In this document: positions 47,395-49,488 of the stretch, piece by piece | How the letters are laid out: each line of letters starts with the position of its first letter | Position numbering within the stretch: position 1 is the first letter of the stretch | Assembly: GCA_021432655.1 (NCBI GenBank) | Contig: MU271343.1 | Location: forward strand, 36,360 to 85,847 | DNA: 49,488 nucleotides | Direction of reading: 5' to 3' | Source: Atractiella rhizophila | Lineage: Eukaryota | Program-made: the position numbers and the translations under genes | Notes under the pieces: model-generated | Database searches by the model: none | What the model was told of the DNA's origin: nothing | The model's input: the letters and a program-made list of their open reading frames with translations, nothing else

Positions 47395-47663
47395 TGGAAA
47401 CGGTGGCGCAGAAGAGAAAGTGTGTATGTGGCAGAAGAATCAAAAGAAGGATAGCTAGATGAATAGTGGGAGATTCGTCGTTGATTTGGGGAGAAGAAAG
47501 CGTTGGCTGCAGTAGGCATAAAGTTTATCTGACTCCCTTGAACAAGCAAACGATCGAGATCTCCTTGTTTACGGCTTCAACTTCATTGCTTGATCAAGGC
47601 AGACATTAATTACAGTCTCAAGAATAGCTGATCAGCTGCTGTCAAAGGAATCTAAATATTTTC

Positions 47664-49075
47664 ATGTCATCAACACTTCCAATAGTCGATATCTCCCCAT
47701 ACCTCTCTCCGACCTCCGACTCTTCACCCTCTAGTCTCACGCTGAGTCTCACGCCGTCTCAGCTATCTTGCTCCCGATCCATCCACTCCGCTTGCCTCTC
47801 CCACGGCTTCTTCTACCTCACCGGTTTCTCGTCTCTTATCCCGCATGAATTACAAGAGGGCGTGCTCAATGTCTCGAGAGCATTCTTTGAGTTGCCTTTG
47901 GAGGAGAAGGAGCGGATTGGACTAGATAGTATCGAGAGTGATGGTGCTAGAGGGTATCAGAGGATTGGAGAGAATGTAACGATGGGAAAGGTCAGTATTT
48001 TCGTCTTCAGCTTATTGTGCTGATGATCGATCGTGGAATAGAGCGATTTCCATGAAGGTTCATATGCTTCTCCCTCAACGAAGATGGTCAAAGCTAAGCA
48101 AGAGATAAATTGAAGGAATCGACTTCTATCGCCCCTGGCCCTCTTCCACTGCGTCCTCATCCTCAGCACCGACAACAGCTGTGGGAACTAACAAGCCTCT
48201 TCCCCTCCGCGGTGACAACCTGTACCCATCAAACCCCTCATCCTTCAAATCCACCATCACAACCTACATCTCCAAACTGCAACAGCTGGGGGCAATCCTC
48301 GTCCGCGCAACTCTAGTCGGTCTCGAGGTGACATCTGAAGAGGAAGAGAGGGTGCTTCGGGACACGAAAGACAGCTTTTGGTCTCTCTCACTTGCTTTTT
48401 ACATACTTTCTTTGTCTGACCAATAGACTGTAAAGGGTCTTTCGAACGATTGGATATCCACCCCTTCCAGGGACTCACGATGGCGTTTCCTGTGGTTCAC
48501 ACAAGTGCGTCCCACTTCCTACCCCTTCTTCTCGCTCCTCGCCCCAAATGAAAGCTGAGGTCGTTAATACGGTATCGTAGAGACTACGGCTGTTACACCC
48601 TCCTCTTCTCTGACCGGACCAAAGGCGCACTCCAAGTCCTTGCCCCCTCTTCCTCCTCCGCCCCACCGACTTCACCTTCCGGAAAAGAAGGTGGAACAGA
48701 GGAAGGACAAGAGTGGATCGACGCGGATCCCCTTCCGAATTGCTTGGTCGTCAATATCGGAGAGATGTGGGAGATATGGACCGCCGGATTGTACAAGAGC
48801 ACGACTCATCGTGTTGTTCATCGAGGTGATAACTACAGGATTTCGTATGTCCATCGCTCAGCTCGGGATTGATGAAAGCGTTGATCGGGTGGGATGATAG
48901 GGTGCCGTTCTTCTACGAACCGAATTTCGATGCAAAAGTTGAACCGTTGGAGAGCTTGGTGGAGAAGATGAAGGCTGAAGGGAAGGAGGTGGAGAAGAAA
49001 GAAGGAGTGGTCTATGGAGAGTTTTTGATGTCCAAAGTCGCAGGGAACTTTGTCAAACCCTCCGATTCGGAGTAA
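47664..49075 (+). CDS. 2OG-Fe(II) oxygenase (IPNS-like, distinct from copies A and B), multi-exon
   Basis: LPIVDISPY, ACLSHGFFYL, ARGYQRIGENVT, FRTIGYPP, SCGSHK|DYGCYTLL, VNIGEMWEIWT.GLYKSTTHRV, RIS|VPFFYEPNFDA. Confidence 0.92.
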
Positions 49076-49275
49076 TCCGATTCTGAAAGGGTAATCCGAC
49101 TCCCAAAGGTGTTGTGAGGGAACGTAGGATGTGATAAATATAATGACCATGGATTAAATACCCAATCTCGACAGCAACAGGAACCATAAACTGGACACTC
49201 ATATGTCATATCCTCTCCACCAAAACAAGAATCAGCGCTAAACAAGGCGCGAGAGGCGTGGTGTAAGGAACAGAA

Positions 49276-49488
49276 TCAAAGAACGAGAATGAACCCAAGA
49301 ACGACAGCCATCCCAGCCCAAACCATCCCTCTTCCACCACCGTTCAAGTTCCTCCCGCCAGCGCCAGAATCAACAGGGTTCTCGCTAGCCGCGGTACCGG
49401 TCGCCTTGCTCAGATCAGGTAGGGTGAATGTTCCCGTGGTAGGATGGGGATTCCGGACGTTGGTCGACCCTATTTCTCCCCTACACAC
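49276..49488 (-). CDS. C-terminus of a probable GPI-anchored or membrane-tailed protein (truncated by window edge)
   Basis: A Thr/Ser/Gly-rich spacer, a small-residue site (DSGAG) and a terminal hydrophobic stretch (MVWAGMAVVLGFILVL*). Confidence 0.55.
   Translation of the reverse strand: MCRGEIGSTNVRNPHPTTGTFTLPDLSKATGTAASENPVDSGAGGRNLNGGGRGMVWAGMAVVLGFILVL

Noticed and set aside
37752..49075. 2OG oxygenases, MDR reductase and DinB-like gene as a secondary-metabolite cluster
   Set aside because: No PKS, NRPS, terpene synthase, transporter or cluster regulator in the window, and the genes are interleaved with ATP11 and phosducin.

Overview
Eukaryotic, intron-rich fungal DNA. Short GT-AG introns (mostly ~50-90 nt) and the gene content point to a basidiomycete; the lineage is inferred, not proven. 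Reconstructed spliced genes, in order: a 5'-truncated hypothetical protein; a MATH-BTB protein; three tandem UBA-F-box-LRR-like paralogs, with a foldback MITE-like insertion upstream of copy 2; adenylate cyclase (CYR1); an MDR enoyl-reductase-like protein; a MYND zinc-finger gene split by a 1.73-kb intron containing a minisatellite; an MHYT-domain membrane sensor; DPH2; DBF4; TIM17; a second MDR reductase; ATP11; a 1.62-kb tandem duplication giving two 2OG-Fe(II) oxygenase copies (one frameshifted) plus an ATP11 5' fragment; a DinB/YfiT-like protein ending in a PTS1; a phosducin-like protein; a third 2OG-Fe(II) oxygenase; and the 3' end of a probable GPI-anchored protein. The most unusual items are the UBA-F-box-LRR array (with a 48-nt segment that is exon in two copies but looks like a stop-containing intron in the third), the peroxisomal DinB-like protein, the MHYT sensor and the promoter-swapping duplication. 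No rRNA, tRNA or CRISPR array was seen. All exon models were built by eye and need RNA-seq confirmation.
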